64,000 bases of DNA from Octopus vulgaris. Its lineage: Eukaryota. Position 1 is the stretch's first letter. The number at the start of each line of letters is the position of its first letter. Shown here in pieces: positions 24,660 through 41,800 of the stretch. The DNA is taken from positions 22,568,001 to 22,632,000 of the forward strand of contig OX597841.1 in assembly GCA_951406725.2 (NCBI GenBank), in the 5' to 3' direction. The notes beneath the pieces were generated by a model. That model ran no database searches, was not told the DNA's origin, and worked only from the letters and a program-made list of their open reading frames with translations. Position numbers and translations under genes: made by a program.

Positions 24660-26780
24660 TCCACAGTGAAAACACAAGAAACGTGGGAAAATGATGGAAA
24701 GTGTAGAAGGTAGCCTCCATAGCTAGAAATAGCAGCCAAATGTCGCACGAATCAAAGGACATCTGAGACAGGAAGTATTTAGGAATTAAATAGTTTAATA
24801 CTTACGGAAATGGTTTAAAAAAGGATGGTGTTGTTGTTAGAAGTGCGTCAGGTGGTTGAGAAATGTATTATAAATGTGTTTGGGAGTGAATTGAGAGAAA
24901 TTCCGACTTGCATCAAGTTTGTTAAAATGAATGAATGGAGGCGGAAATACGCTTAGTGCGCATGCGTATGAAAAACTGGTTTTTCTTCTTTTTTTCTTTT
25001 TTTTTCTTTTTTTTTTAAAGATTTTGGTAGAAAACCAGAAATTTCGGGGAGGGTCAAGTGTCAGTCGATTTCATGGACCCGAGTAGTCAACTGGTATTTA
25101 TTTTATTGAACCCTAGCAGAAAAAGGTGAAAGGCAAAGTTTATGGATCTTTTCTGTTTGAACGGCAGTTTTTAACATAATTTCTAGGTAACTAAAAACTT
25201 TTAAACTTCGTATACTGGTAGAATGTGTTACATAAAACATCTTTTCCTCTTGGCTTTATTGAGAAAATTCTGTAGTTTGTAAGATATTTCGTCTTTAATT
25301 TCTTGCATTTCGGCAATTTTAACCAATCACTCACGTCTATTGAGGTAAAAAAAATATTCTGGGCCGTATGAATATGTCCCTCGTTTAAGAAACAGATTGG
25401 GGATCTTTTCTGTTTGAACGGCAGTTTTTAACATAATTTCTAGGTAACTAAAAACTTTTAAACTTCGTATACTGGTAGAATGTGTTACATAAAACATCAT
25501 TTTCTCTTGGCTTTATTGAGAAAATTCTGTAGTTTGTAAGATATTTCGTCTTTAATTTCAAGCATTTCGGCAATTTCAACCAATCACTCACGTCTATTGA
25601 GGTAAAAAAATATTCTGTGCCGTATGAATATGTCCCTCGTTTAAGAAACAGATTGGGGATCTTTTCTGTTTGAACGGCAGTTTTTAACATAATTTCTAGG
25701 TAACTAAAAACTTTTAAACTTCGTATACTGGTAGAATGTGTTACATAAAACACCTTTTCCTTTTGGCTTTACTGAGAAAATTCTGTAGTTTGTAAGATAT
25801 TTCGTCTTTAATTTCAAGCATTTCGGCAATTTCAACCAATCACTCACGTCTATTGAGGTAAAAAAACATTCTGTGCCGTATGAATATGTCCCTTGTTTAA
25901 GAAACAGATTGGGGATCTTTTCTGTTTGAACGGCAGTTTTTAACATAATTTCTAGGTAACTAAAAACTTTTAAACTTCGTATACTGGTAGAATGTGTTAC
26001 ATAAAACATCTTTTCCTCTTGGCTTTATTGAAAAAATTCTGTAGTTTGTAACATGTTTGTAAGATATTTGTAAGATATTTTCTTCAACGGCCGTTTTTTC
26101 TACAGATACAGTAAATAGGTGTTCTACGAAAACGCGATATTTTGGCAAAATCGTATTCTATATCGATGATATCAGAATCCGAAAACATTTTTGGAACCCC
26201 TTCCCCCCAAAAAAAAAACACCCAGACATCGGTGGGGTGCACGTGTTGTGCCTACATCGATGTTTATGTATATATGCGTAAATTACGACGAGGTCGACTT
26301 TGCCTTTAATATCTTTGCTGGGGCGGGACACAATAAAATAAATACTAGTTGTCTACTGAGGTCAAGGTAAGCGACTTAGCCCCCCCCCCCAACACCTCCG
26401 CCGATATTGCTGGCGTTGTGCCAAAATTTGAAACCAATATTTCATACGCATGCGCACTAAACGTACGTACGCCCCCATTCATTACGTTACGACAAACATT
26501 TGATGTCTGATGCCAGAATTTCTCTCAATTCACTCCCAAACACATTTATAATAGATTTCTCAACCACCTGACGCACTTCTAACAACAACACCATCCTTTA
26601 TAAAGACATTTCCGTAAGTATTAAACAACGAAAACATTTAATCTTTTAATACTTTGGTGTCTCAGATGTCCTTTGATCTGTTCCACATTTGGCTGCTATT
26701 TCTAGCTATGGCGGCAACCTCCTACACGCTCCATCGTTTCTTCTTTAAGTTTGTTTGTTGTGTGTTTTAGGTGGAGAAAT
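24660..26780. promoter_or_regulatory. Putative bidirectional promoter of ZNF pair 2
   Basis: Paralog of 10370-11720. NRF1-like sites at 24957 and 26447. Confidence 0.6.
25144..26060. repeat. 256-bp tandem repeat, ~3.6 copies
   Basis: ggatcttttctgtttgaacggcag at 25144, 25401, 25657 and 25913. Confidence 0.95.
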
Positions 26781-29285
26781 GTTCTTAAAATAAACTCCAA
26801 CCACAGAAATGCTGAGAATCCAATGCTTTATTATAATTTATCGAACCCTTGTTTCTTGATATAAGGTAAAGGACATAATTAGTAAGCGGGGCAAAATGAG
26901 TATTTTCCCGTTTCTCCTAATTTGTTTGGATTTATGATTTTTGTGAGTATTGCTACATTATATTTTAGGACTGGGGATGGCGGCGAGCTGGCAGAAGGGT
27001 TAACACCCCGGGCGAAATGCGTGGACATATTTCGTCTGCCGTTACGTTCTGAGTTCAAATTCCGCCGGGGTCGACTTTGCCTCTCCTCCTTTCGGGGTCG
27101 ATAAATAAAGTACCAGTTACGCACTGGGGTCGATGTAATCGACTTAATACCTATGTCTGTCCTTGTTTCTCCCCTCTGTGTTTAGCTCCTTGTGGGCAGT
27201 AAAAAAATAGATATTTCGTCTGCCGTTACGTTCTGAGTTCAAATTCCGCCGGGGTCGACCTTGCCTTTCATCCTTTCGGGGTCGATATAATCGACTTAAT
27301 CCGTTTTTCTGGCCTTGTTTGTCCCCTCAGTGTCTAGCCCCTTGTGGTGAGTAAAGAAATATATATTTAGGACTGGGAATTTGTCCTTATAGTTGTTGGA
27401 GTTGCAGGTCCTTTTTATTATCAAGAAATTTTCCCTCAACTCTCAATCCGATAATAATCGAGGTTACTAATAAATTATCTGGATGATGTTCGGTGTTTAA
27501 CCATCAATATTCTTCTCTCTCTTAGATTCCAGATCAATTTTTACCCCCGTTTAGTGTCTAATTTGGTAATTTTCAATTATCAAAAATCATGACTAAGATG
27601 GGGCAAAATGAGTAATGACTACTTTCAATAATCTCTTGTTAGTGGATGGAAGCACTCCGTCGGTTACGACGATGAGCACTCCACAAACACGTGTACCCTT
27701 AACGTAGTTCTCGGGGACATTCAGCGTGACACAGAGTGACAAGGCCGGCCCTTTGAAATACAGGTACAACAGAAACAGGAAGTAAGAGTGAGAGAAAGTT
27801 GTGGTGAAAGAGTACAGCAGGGATCACCACCATCCCCTGCCGGGGCCTCGTGGAGCTTTTTGGTGTTTTCGCTCAATAAACACTCACAACGCCCGGTCTG
27901 GGAATCGAAACCGCAATCCTACGACCGCGAGTCCGCTGCCCTAACCACGAAGAGATCTTGAAGAAACTGTTGATGATATTTTATGTTGATTTTTTTCCCC
28001 CCATTTATTCGATATTCATTAATTTCACATCATTTGCAATTTTTCTCTGATTCTCTTTCATTTGAATTCGATACTTAAATAGCTTTTTGCATTTCTGATC
28101 TTTAAGATGTCGAAGGATAGATATTGATGTGTTTGAGTCTTTGTTTTCAAATGTAATTCTGGATAATTTGAAGAGACAATTTCACCTTTTCTTGCCTCTG
28201 CCAAATTTCTCTTTCTACACACTCAAAGAGAACAATGATAATTTCCTGAAATAGTGATTCTGTTATAATGATTTCAATGCATTCAGGGAAGGCCATTTGC
28301 TTAGCTGATAAACATTTTGTAATCATTCGTGGAATCTCCTCATGGGGCAAAATGAGTAATGACTATTTCCAGTAATTTTTTCCCTTTATGGAGTTAAAGA
28401 GAAGAAATTGTGAGCTGTTAGGTTACTAGTCACAGACATACATTTTCTACAATATCCTCTGGCCTTGTGAATGGATTTGGGAGATGGAAACTGAAGGAAG
28501 CCCAATATATATGTGGGTGTGTTGTCCTCCCACCCCTTCAACACTTGACAAACAGTGTTGGTGTGTTTATGTCCCCATAAACCTGTGGTTTGGCAAAGTG
28601 GCTGATAGAATAAGTGCTAAGCTCAAAAATAAGTCCTAGCATTGATTCTATTGACTGAAGCCTTTAAAGTTGGTGCTCCAGCATGACCACAGTCAAAACA
28701 ACTGAAACCAGTAAAAAGGTGTGTGTGTGTGTGTATTTATGAATGTGGAGCTGGAGTTTAGAAATATTTTAGCTTCAAACAGGATTTTGTGATGTAAATA
28801 CTAATAAATTAAAAAGTTCTGTTGTTCAGTTAAATGTTTACTTCTAGAGTTTATCTTTATGGAAATGTTGAATCTGTATTTTTTTAAGTAGCCTCTATAT
28901 CTTACACTGTTGTTTCTTTATTATTTCAGAATATCAGATGACATTGGCATAACTGAAGATACATTCTCATTATTTATCAGCTTTTTAAAGACCAAAATGG
29001 AAATATTGTACAGAACAGATATATAAGATTGTTTCTATAAATCTGTGGTGGAATTCCTCTGATATATTTACTCTGAAATGTGTTATTAGCAAACCTTCTG
29101 GACATCACTGGCTGGAGTGTCTACAAGATGAGCCTGTTTGCAGATTGAATGTGGATAAATTTAGTTGTTTTGTGACAAAGGTAACAGTGGCCAGAAATAC
29201 AACAGTTGAAATATTTGTAAACAAAAGACTATAGAAGCAAAAAGAATAAAAAAATAACGTATATTGTGAAGTTGAAGGAAAAATA

Positions 29286-30290
29286 ATGGAAAAGAGTGAG
29301 AAAGTGAAGGAACAGATTTTACCAGAAGATAGCAAAAAGGAGAGACAAAAATTGTCACATGACTGTGATGTGTGTAAAAAGTCTTTCTCAAGTAAATGTA
29401 ACTTAAATAGTCACAAACGTATTCATACAGGAGAGAAGCCATTTCACTGTGAAATCTGTGGTAAATCATTCTCTCAAAGTGGCAACTTAGCTAAACATAA
29501 ACGTATTCATACAGGAGAGAAGCCATATTCCTGTAATATCTGTGGCAAATTATTTTCTGATAAAAGTGCTCTAACTCAACATAAACGTATTCATACAGGA
29601 GAGTCACCATATCATTGTAGTGTCTGTGGTACAAGATTCTCTGACCAAAGTGTTTTAAATAATCACCAGCATTGTCATACAGGAGAGAAGCCATTTCAAT
29701 GTGACATCTGTGGTAAATCATTCTCTCAAAGAAGTGCTTTAACTAATCACAAGCGTATTCATACAGGAAAGAAGCCATATTCCTGTAATATCTGTGGTAA
29801 ATTATTTCCTGGTAAAAGTGCTGTAACTTATCATAAACGTATTCATACAGGAGAGTCACCATATCCTTGTGATATCTGTGGTAAATCATTCACCATGAGT
29901 TCTAACTTAACTGGACACAGACGTATTCATACAGGAGAAACACCATATTCTTGTGATATCTGTAGTAAATTATTCTCTCAAAATATTTATTTGACTTTAC
30001 CCAAACGTATTCATACAGGAGAGACACCATTTCACTGTGAAATCTGTGGTAAATCATTCTCTGAAAGTGGCAACTTAGCTAAACATAAACGTATTCATAC
30101 AGGAGAGACACCATATTCTTGTGATGTCTGTAATAAATCTTTCTCTACCAGTAGTAACCTAATGACCCATAAACGTATTCATACAGGAGAGACACCATAT
30201 TCTTGTGATATCTGTGGAAGGTCATTTACTCAACATAGCAGCTTAACTTCTCACAAATGTGTTCATAAGGGGAAGAAGCAATCCCACTAA
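29286..30290 (+). CDS. C2H2 zinc-finger protein, 11 fingers, 334 aa
   Basis: Intact ORF, differing from 14214-15218 by a few substitutions. Confidence 0.92.
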   Translation: MEKSEKVKEQILPEDSKKERQKLSHDCDVCKKSFSSKCNLNSHKRIHTGEKPFHCEICGKSFSQSGNLAKHKRIHTGEKPYSCNICGKLFSDKSALTQHKRIHTGESPYHCSVCGTRFSDQSVLNNHQHCHTGEKPFQCDICGKSFSQRSALTNHKRIHTGKKPYSCNICGKLFPGKSAVTYHKRIHTGESPYPCDICGKSFTMSSNLTGHRRIHTGETPYSCDICSKLFSQNIYLTLPKRIHTGETPFHCEICGKSFSESGNLAKHKRIHTGETPYSCDVCNKSFSTSSNLMTHKRIHTGETPYSCDICGRSFTQHSSLTSHKCVHKGKKQSH

Positions 30291-30602
30291 TATTTAAACT
30301 AAATCATAATCTCTAAGGGGTTACTGAAACCCTTTACCATGTACGTTATTCTGTCGAATGTGATGTTTATATATTCACATTATTTTCAATTTGCCATCCA
30401 AAGGTTTAGTAAAATTCTATCAATTAGAAAAAGATATTTAATTTTAATTCTCAAATTTTTATCAATTTTTGCGTGACATTAAAGGGACACTACTCATATA
30501 TGAACTTAGGCGCACACACACAGACACAGGAGACAAAAGACAATACAAAGAGTTTTCAAATTGAGTAAACAGGAGTAGTTGTGTGGTAAGTAGCTTGCTT
30601 CC

Positions 30603-31586
30603 CTTTGTCGGAGATAGACGTGTTTGTTTTTGGCAGAGAGTTCTTGCTGCTTGATGTCACGTCTTTCGTCGTGAAATATTGAACTTTGAGGCTCGACTAC
30701 AGGTAGGCGTTTGTCATATTTTTTGAGGGTTTAGTGGAGTTTGTTGCCCTGTATTTAATATTTTTTGGTGAGTAATAGACTCCAATCTGCTCCAGACATT
30801 TGCCTGCCTGTGGCCGCCTATAAAGACTCACTTTGCAGTGAGAATTGTGTTTTCGAGGAGGCGTAGCCCCTCCGCAAAAATTAATTTCTTTGCGAAAATT
30901 ATCTTCGTGTCTGGATTACCAAGGCAGGAAGGACTGTTTTTGCAAGGTGGACGTGAGTGTTTTGGCTCTGGCCAATTACAAGAAAAAAGAACAAAAACAG
31001 AGAAGGTTGTCGAGGCCAGTGATTTTGTTTTATCTGAGCTGGGTGTAATTTGTTATATTGTTATTTTTTGTTAACAAATTTCGCCTGCTCTCGGCGGCTG
31101 CTGTTTTGTGAATTTAGTGTGAATATTTTGGATTCATTAAAAAAAAAAAACAGTGGAGGGACGTATCCTCGCCCGAATGATTAGAACCTGTTACAGTTAC
31201 CGTTGGCTGTAGCCAGTATTGTGTTTGGATTTCTTTTACCAATTACGGGTAAAGACGATTCATACCAAGGAACCTATGTACATTTGGCCAGGAGTACCTT
31301 TTCGGCCGAAAATTAATTTATTTCTTTGCCTGGATTTGAACTCTCTTCTTCAAAACTTTCGTTTATTTAAAAAAAAAAAAGGAACTCTTTTTTGAACTGT
31401 TATTTTTTATTTTATTTCTTCCTTCTTCTTTTTTTGTGTCTTATTTTATTTTCTTACATTTTGAACTGTAATTGAACTTTGTGTTGAAATGGCAAAGGAA
31501 TTTCTTGTGTGGGACTTGACACCTCCCAAAAAATGGTTAAAAGAGCTTGAAAGGAAGACCGTGGTGTTGAGGACTTACTCGAAGTC
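30603..31586 (+). mobile_element. 3'-deleted ORF1-type retroelement (subfamily B) in split S1 SINE
   Basis: Paralog of 15532-16482. Confidence 0.8.
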
Positions 31587-33477
31587 ACTGACTGAAACAA
31601 GTAAAAGAGTAAGAGTATATAATTGCCATTAGTGTTCTGATAAATAAAACAGAAGCCTGTGTATGAAACTGGTCTTTTTCCTACTTCAGTTATTTCATTT
31701 TTCTCTTATAAAATACACACATACAGGAGGGGTAAACTATACATATAATAATACTTTGAATGTGGCTCTCAAGAAAGAATAAAAACATTTACCCAATTAA
31801 TGACAGGTATTACTACGAGTAGTTTATATACATATACACACACAAAGGAACCAACCGAACGTGGCTGCTGCCAGCGCCGCCCGATTGTCCTCCGTGCAGG
31901 TTGCACGTAAAAGCACCATCCGATTGTAGCTGTTGCCAGCATCGTTTGGCCTCCGTGCCAGTGGCACGTGAAAGCAACCACTACACTAACGGAGTGGTTG
32001 GCATTAGGAAGGGCATCCAGCTGTAGAAACTTTGTCAGATCAGACTGGGCCTGGTGCAGCCTTCTGGTTTCCCAGACCCCAGTTGAACCGTCACAAATTT
32101 TAACGAACTCTATCTGGAACAGTGGAAGTTGAAATTCCGTAGCATTGGTTATGAGTTTTGCTTGCGAGTTAACTGTGGCTGGTTCATCTTGATGTAGCTG
32201 TGTGTTGGTTATGCATTCACTGGTCTATTCTGTCTGCCTGGAGTTACCGAATACAAAAGAATGACAAGAAGAACCAGGTAAATTCAAAGCAACTGTTATT
32301 TATTACAACCCCTTATAAAAATACATGGCAAATGTCTTACAAATTGTGAAGTAACAGGTTTGGCAAGTTTTAAGTAACTCTATCTGGAACAGTGGAAGTT
32401 GTATCACAGTTGAAATTCTGTAGCATCTTCCTGGTTTGGTTCTGTGTGTTGGGCAGCATCTGTTGTTGTGATCTGTCCGTTGCTGTAGAGGAAGTACAAG
32501 TTTACCAGGCCAGAGAGAGAGAGATGAGGAATGAAGACAGAAACAGGTGTGCCGCCACAAAGGAGATACATGGTTACCCAGCCTGAGGGAAATGCAGGAG
32601 AAGGAGATAGAGGGTGGGAGACAACACGATGAAGATACTGGCAAAATGATGGGCGTATTCACTAGGGAGGGGATCAGAACATAAATGGGGATGGTTGAGT
32701 AAAGGAAGAGGGAGATATAGATGGTGGCAAGTGCCAGGACATACCCTTGATGTTCAAACGTCATAATATAAGGGACAGGATACTGCAAAGGTGGTGAGCT
32801 GGCAGAAACGTTAGGCTCTGTGTTCAAATTTCGCCGAGGTCGACTTTGCTTTTCATCCTTTCGGGGTCGATTAAATAAGTACCAGTTACGCACTGGGGTC
32901 GATGTAATCAACTTAATCCCTTTATCTGTCCTTGTTTGTCTCCTCTCTGTGTTTAGCCCCTTGTGGGTAGTAAAGGAATAGGATACTGCAAAGGAAGCAT
33001 GATTAGAGTGTAGGGGGTGTTGAGTGATGACAACCTGGGTATTATATAGGGTCAGGGGGCTACCGGAGAGCAATGATACAGAGGAACAGCACCATGAGGA
33101 CAGGATTGGGGGAGTGAGAGGTAGGCATAGTGTATGGAAGGAATGTGAAGAAGAGATGTAGATTGGTTTGTTGGGGGTAGGGTGTGTAAAAGTTTTCTTG
33201 TTACATGTGGGTGGAAGACATAGGTTGAGGGCAAGCCAGTAGCAATAATACAGTAAGACAGGGAATGGGGGTGGAACATACAGGTCAGGAATAGCAGAGC
33301 GCAATGCTACAGTGAGACGGGGCAGGACTGTATTTAAAATATCCGATCGTGGCCGTTTGCCAGCCTCGTCTGGCACCTGTGCAGGTGGCACGTAAAAATA
33401 CCCACTACACTCACAGAGTGGTTGGCATTAAGAAGGGCATCCAGCTGTAGAAACACTGCCAGATCAGACGGCCTGGC

Positions 33478-33921
33478 ATCTGGTCATCAAATCTAAGCAG
33501 AGACTAACCAATTCTACTCTATGGCTCAGAAACCTGGACGTTATCAAAGAAGCTTGAGAGGCGGTTGGATGGAACCTACACTCGCCTCCTTATGAGAACT
33601 CAAAATCTCTCGTGGAAGCGTCATCCAACCAAAGTTCAAATAAATGGGAAACTACTACCTGTGTCATCTCTTGTGAAAGGTAGGAGAGTCCAGTTGGCTG
33701 GATATTGTTGTAGAGCTGAAAATAAGGCAATTTCTGCTCTTCTCCTCTGGAAGCCATCTGCTCGCGATACCAGAGGGCGCACACTCTCCTACCCTGATGT
33801 AATCTCCAGGGATACAGGCATCCAGCAACAGGACCTCCGTAATGCCATGATGGACCGTGAAGTCTGGCGTAGCATGGTAAATTCCATTGTCTCGACCACG
33901 GTCGAACAATGATGATAATGA
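33478..33921 (+). mobile_element. 5'-truncated RTE LINE in S2 SINE
   Basis: Paralog of 18377-18819; ORF 33565-33912. Confidence 0.85.
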
Positions 33922-34331
33922 CTGGCTTCCCAGACCCCAGTTGAACCGTCCAACCCATGCTAGCATGGAAAACGGACGTTAAATGATGATGATGAAATAT
34001 TTTCAATGGCAGTCAATAATGGCCCCTTATGGTCCTTGTGAGAAGTAAGAAGTGTTGGTACATCTAGTGTCCACTCTTTAGAATTTAAGCCAGCCATATC
34101 TGGCCCAAATATTCTACCTATTTTATGATCAAACTAGTCAGAGTCGGCTTCTTACACCTACCCTACAATGTCATTGTGAAAATACACAATCATATCATCA
34201 AAATTTGAAAGCTGTGGGTGAATGTATGACAAATTGAAAATAATGTGAATAAATAACCCTCACATTCGACAGAATAATCTGCATGGTAAAGGGTTCAGTC
34301 ACCCCTTACAGATTATGATTTAGCGCAAATA

Positions 34332-35999
<1,668 letters not shown>

Positions 36000-37312
36000 T
36001 ATTTTTCTTTGAAAATCACAAAATATATATATATATGTTTTCTTCTTTGTACTTCTATAGCCTTTTGTTTCCAAGTATTTCGACTGCTGTATTTCTGTCC
36101 AGTGTTACCTTTGTCCCAAAACTCGTTAGTAAATTTATCCAAGTTTAATTTGCAAAGAGACACATCTTGTAGACACTCCAGCCAGTGATGTCCAGAAGAT
36201 TTGCTAATAACATTTTCAGAGTAAATATATCAGAGGAATTCTGCCACAGATTTATAGAAACAATCTTATATATCTGTTCTGTACAATATTTCTATTTTGG
36301 TCTTTAAAAGATGATAAATAATGAGAATGTATCTTCAGTTATGCCAATGTCATCTGATATTCTGAAAGAATAAAGAAACAACAGTGTAAGATATAGAGGC
36401 TACTTAAAAAAATACAGATTCAACATTTCCATAGAGATAAACTCTAGAAACAAACATTTACCTGAACAACAGAACTTTTTAATTTATGAAAATTTACATC
36501 AGAAAATCTTGTGTGAAGTTAACATATTTCTAAATTCCAGTTACACATACCTAGTGCACAACATTTATATATGTGTGTGTATATATATATATATATATAT
36601 CACGTAAAAAGCACCATCCGAGCATGGCTGTTTGCCAGCCTCGTCTGGCACGTAAAAAGCACCCACTACACTCACGGAGTGGTTGGCGTTAGGAAGGGCA
36701 TCCAGCCATAGAAACTTTGCCAGATCAGACTGGGCCTGGTGCAGCCTTCTGGCTTCCCAGACCCCAGTTGAACCGTCCAACCCATGCTAGCATGGAAAAC
36801 GGATGCTAGACGATGATGATGATATTGTGAAATTGATGAATAGGGGAATTATAGACCTCTTGTTTAAATGCCTACAAAAAGTACATCAGCTAAGCAAATG
36901 GCCTTCCCTAAATGCATTGAAACCATTATAACAGAATCACTGTTTCAGGAAATTATCGTCGTTCAAAGACAACAAAATAATATAATAATAATAATTCGTT
37001 CGTTTATTGGCCACAAGAGCTAACAAAAATCAATTAAAACATAAAGGGACAAAACACAGGACGAAAGTTACAAAGGGTTTTGTCCGTAACTATGAAGAAA
37101 ACGAATATGAAAAAAACAACAAAGAAAACTGCGCTAAGGACCCGGGGGGTGGGGGACTTTCGGAAAATTTACAAGATCCGATTTTTCCGTCATAAGTTAG
37201 GGTAAAATGGATTGCGAGGATGATCCGGTTCTTGACTGAAGAAGGCTTCCAATGACCCGTCCGTGTTTTTTGTATCGTCTATTTGGATGTTTTGCGTTCT
37301 TGTCCCATTTTG

Positions 37313-37358
<46 letters not shown>

Positions 37359-37366
37359 CAAAATGG

Positions 37367-38688
<1,322 letters not shown>

Positions 38689-38864
38689 ATAAATATTAGG
38701 GAATAAATCCAAAATTACAGGGAAAACAATCAGATTTAGGATTAAATCCAATTTTATAGTAAAATATTATAAAATATTATTAGAGACAAAACCACTATTT
38801 TGTAAAACAAACAAGGAAAGACTTAATCAATACATAAAATTTTAATAAATAGTCAAAAAAACCG

Positions 38865-38907
38865 CCACTACAATCGTTTCTTGTCTTGATCGACAATCTT
38901 CAGGTGG
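38865..38907 (-). ncRNA. Minimal type I hammerhead ribozyme (paralog)
   Basis: Identical to 24083-24125, between inverted arms at ~38768-38843 and 38928-39003. Confidence 0.85.
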
Positions 38908-39444
38908 ACTTCAATAAGTCAGTTTCAAAAATTTTATGTATTGATTAAGTCTTTCCTTGTTTGTTTTACAAAATAGTGGTTTTGTCTCTAATAATATTTT
39001 ATATATATATACATATACATATATATCTGTTTTTTTTTTACGGAATCCCACTTTTTGGTTATGGAGGATCCGATTGTGGAAAAACTTTTTTTGAAAAATC
39101 GCATTTTCAAAATTTCATTTACCACCAGCCTCTTCACTTTTCACTTGAAAAAGAAAACAAAAAAACATATTTTTGCCCTTAAAAACGATGGGAGAAACCT
39201 TTTCGGTAACAAAAACATAAAATATTGTAAATATTTTCAAAGGAAAAAGCGTGATTTAAGGAAGATTTGGCTGTTGTTTCTAGCACGTCCTAAGACAACC
39301 CTCCTCGTTTCACTTTCCCATCTTTTGAAGTTTTTCTCTTCATAAACAAATTTATGATTTTTTTTCAACCCTATTCTTCGCCCCTGGTTGCTTCTGTTTA
39401 CGATTTAAAATATCGGTGAGTCTGAGGCCGTTTCTGACATTTAT

Positions 39445-41800
39445 CCACAGTGAAAACACAAGAAACGTGGGAAAATGATGGAAAGTGTAGAAGGTAGCCT
39501 CCATAGCTAGAAATAGCAGCCAAATGTCGCACAAATCAAAGGACATCTGAGACAGGAAGTATTTAGGAATTAAATAGTTTAATACTTACGGAAATGGTTT
39601 TAAAAAGGATGGTGTTGTTGTTAGAAGTGCGTCAGGTGGTTGAGAAATGTATTATAAATGTGTTTGGGAGTGAATTGAGAGAAATTCCGACTGAAATCAA
39701 GTTCGTTAAAATGAATGAATGGAGGCGGAAATACGCTTAGTGCGCATGCGTATGAAAAACTGGTTTTTCTTCTTTTTTTCTTTTTTTTTTAAAGATTTTG
39801 GTAGAAAACCAGAAATTTCGGGGAGGGTCAAGTGTCAGTCGATTTCATGGACCCGAGTAGTCAACTGGTATTTATTTTATTGAACCCTAGCAGAAAAAGG
39901 TGAAAGGCAAAGTTTATGGATCTTTTCTGTTTGAACGGCAGTTTTTAACATAATTTCTAGGTAACTAAAAACTTTTAAACTTCGTATACTGGTAGAATGT
40001 GTTACATAAAACATCTTTTCCTCTTGGCTTTATTGAGAAAATTCTGTAGTTTGTAAGATATTTCGTCTTTAATTTCTTGCATTTCGGCAATTTTAACCAA
40101 TCACTCACGTCTATTGAGGTAAAAAAATATTCTGGGCCGTATGAATATGTCCCTCGTTTAAGAAACAGATTGGGGATCTTTTCTGTTTGAACGGCAGTTT
40201 TTAACATAATTTCTAGGTAACTAAAAACTTTTAAACTTCGTATACTGGTAGAATGTGTTACATAAAAGATCTTTTCCTCTTGGCTTTATTGAGAAAATTG
40301 TGTAGTTTGTAAGATATTTCGTCTTTAATTTCTTGCATTTCGGCAATTTTAACCAATCACTCACGTCTATTGAGGTAAAAAAATATTCTGGGCCGTATGA
40401 ATATGTCCCTCGTTTAAGAAACAGATTGGGGATCTTTTCTGTTTGAACGGCAGTTTTTAACATAATTTCTAGGTAACTAAAAACTTTTAAACTTCGTATA
40501 CTGGTAGAATGTGTTACATAAAACATCTTTTCCTCTTGGCTTTATTGAGAAAATTGTGTAGTTTGTAAGATATTTCGTCTTTAATTTCTTGCATTTCGGC
40601 AATTTTAACCAATCACTCACGTCTATTGAGGTAAGAAAATATTCTGGGCCGTATGAATATGTCCCTCGTTTAAGAAACAGATTGGGGATCTTTTCTGTTT
40701 GAACGGCAGTTTTTAACATAATTTCTAGGTAACTAAAAACTTTTAAACTTCGTATACTGGTAGAATGTGTTACATAAAACATCTTTTCCTCTTGGCTTTA
40801 TTGAGAAAAATTGTGTAGTTTGTAAGATATTTCGTCTTTAATTTCTTGCATTTCGGCAATTTTAACCAATCACTCACGTCTATTGAGGTAAAAAAATATT
40901 CTGGGCCGTATGAATATGTCCCTCGTTTAAGAAACAGATTGGGGATCTTTTCTGTTTGAACGGCAGTTTTTAACATAATTTCTAGGTAACTAAAAACTTT
41001 TAAACTTCGTATACTGGTAGAATGTGTTACATAAAACATCTTTTCCTCTTGGCTTTATTGAGAAAATTCTGTAGTTTGTAAGATATTTGTAAGATATTTT
41101 CTTCAACGGCCGTTTTTTCTACAGATACAGTAAATAGGTGTTCTACGAAAACGCGATATTTTGGCAAAATCGTATTCTATATCGATGATATCAGAATCCG
41201 AAAACATTTTTGGAACCCCTTCCCCCCCCCAAAAAAAAACACCCAGACATCGGTGGGGTGCACGTGTTGTGCCTACATCGATGTTTATGTATATATGCGT
41301 AAATTACGACGAGGTCGACTTTGCCTTTAATATCTTTGCTGGGGCGGGACACGATAAAATAAATACTAGTTGTCTACTGAGGTCAAGGTAAGCGACTTAG
41401 GCCCCCCCCAACACCTCCGCCGATATTGCTGGCGTTGTGCCAAAATTTGAAACCAATATTTCATACGCATGCGCACTAAACGTACGTACGCCCCCATTCA
41501 TTACGTTACGACAAACATTTGATGTCTGATGCCAGAATTTCTCTCAATTCACTCCTAAACACATTTGTAATAGATTTCTCAACCACCTGACGCACATCTA
41601 ACAACAACACCATCCTTTATGAAAACACTTCCGTAAGTATTAAACAACGAAAACATTTAATCTTTTAATACTTTGGTGTCTCAGATGTCCTTTGATCTGT
41701 TCCACATTTGGCTGCTATTTCTAGCTATGGCGGCAACCTCCTACACGCTCCATCGTTTCTTCTTTAAGTTTGTTTGTTGTGTGTTTTAGGTGGAGAAATG
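39445..41800. promoter_or_regulatory. Putative bidirectional promoter of ZNF pair 3
   Basis: NRF1-like sites at 39741 and 41466, with inverted arms. Confidence 0.6.
39918..41098. repeat. 256-bp tandem repeat, ~4.6 copies
   Basis: Unit starts at 39918, 40174, 40430, 40686 and 40943. Confidence 0.95.

Noticed and set aside
25448-26148. Repeated 101-aa ORFs (MFYVTHSTSIRS..), also at 40-41 kb and 53.5-54.4 kb
   Set aside because: Translations of the 256-bp tandem repeat with no domain signal.
32303-33391. 362-aa minus ORF (and 291-aa ORF at 47423-48298)
   Set aside because: Reads through SINE sequence, the frame is not conserved among paralogous units, and no recognisable domain is present. 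A very old TE origin cannot be excluded.
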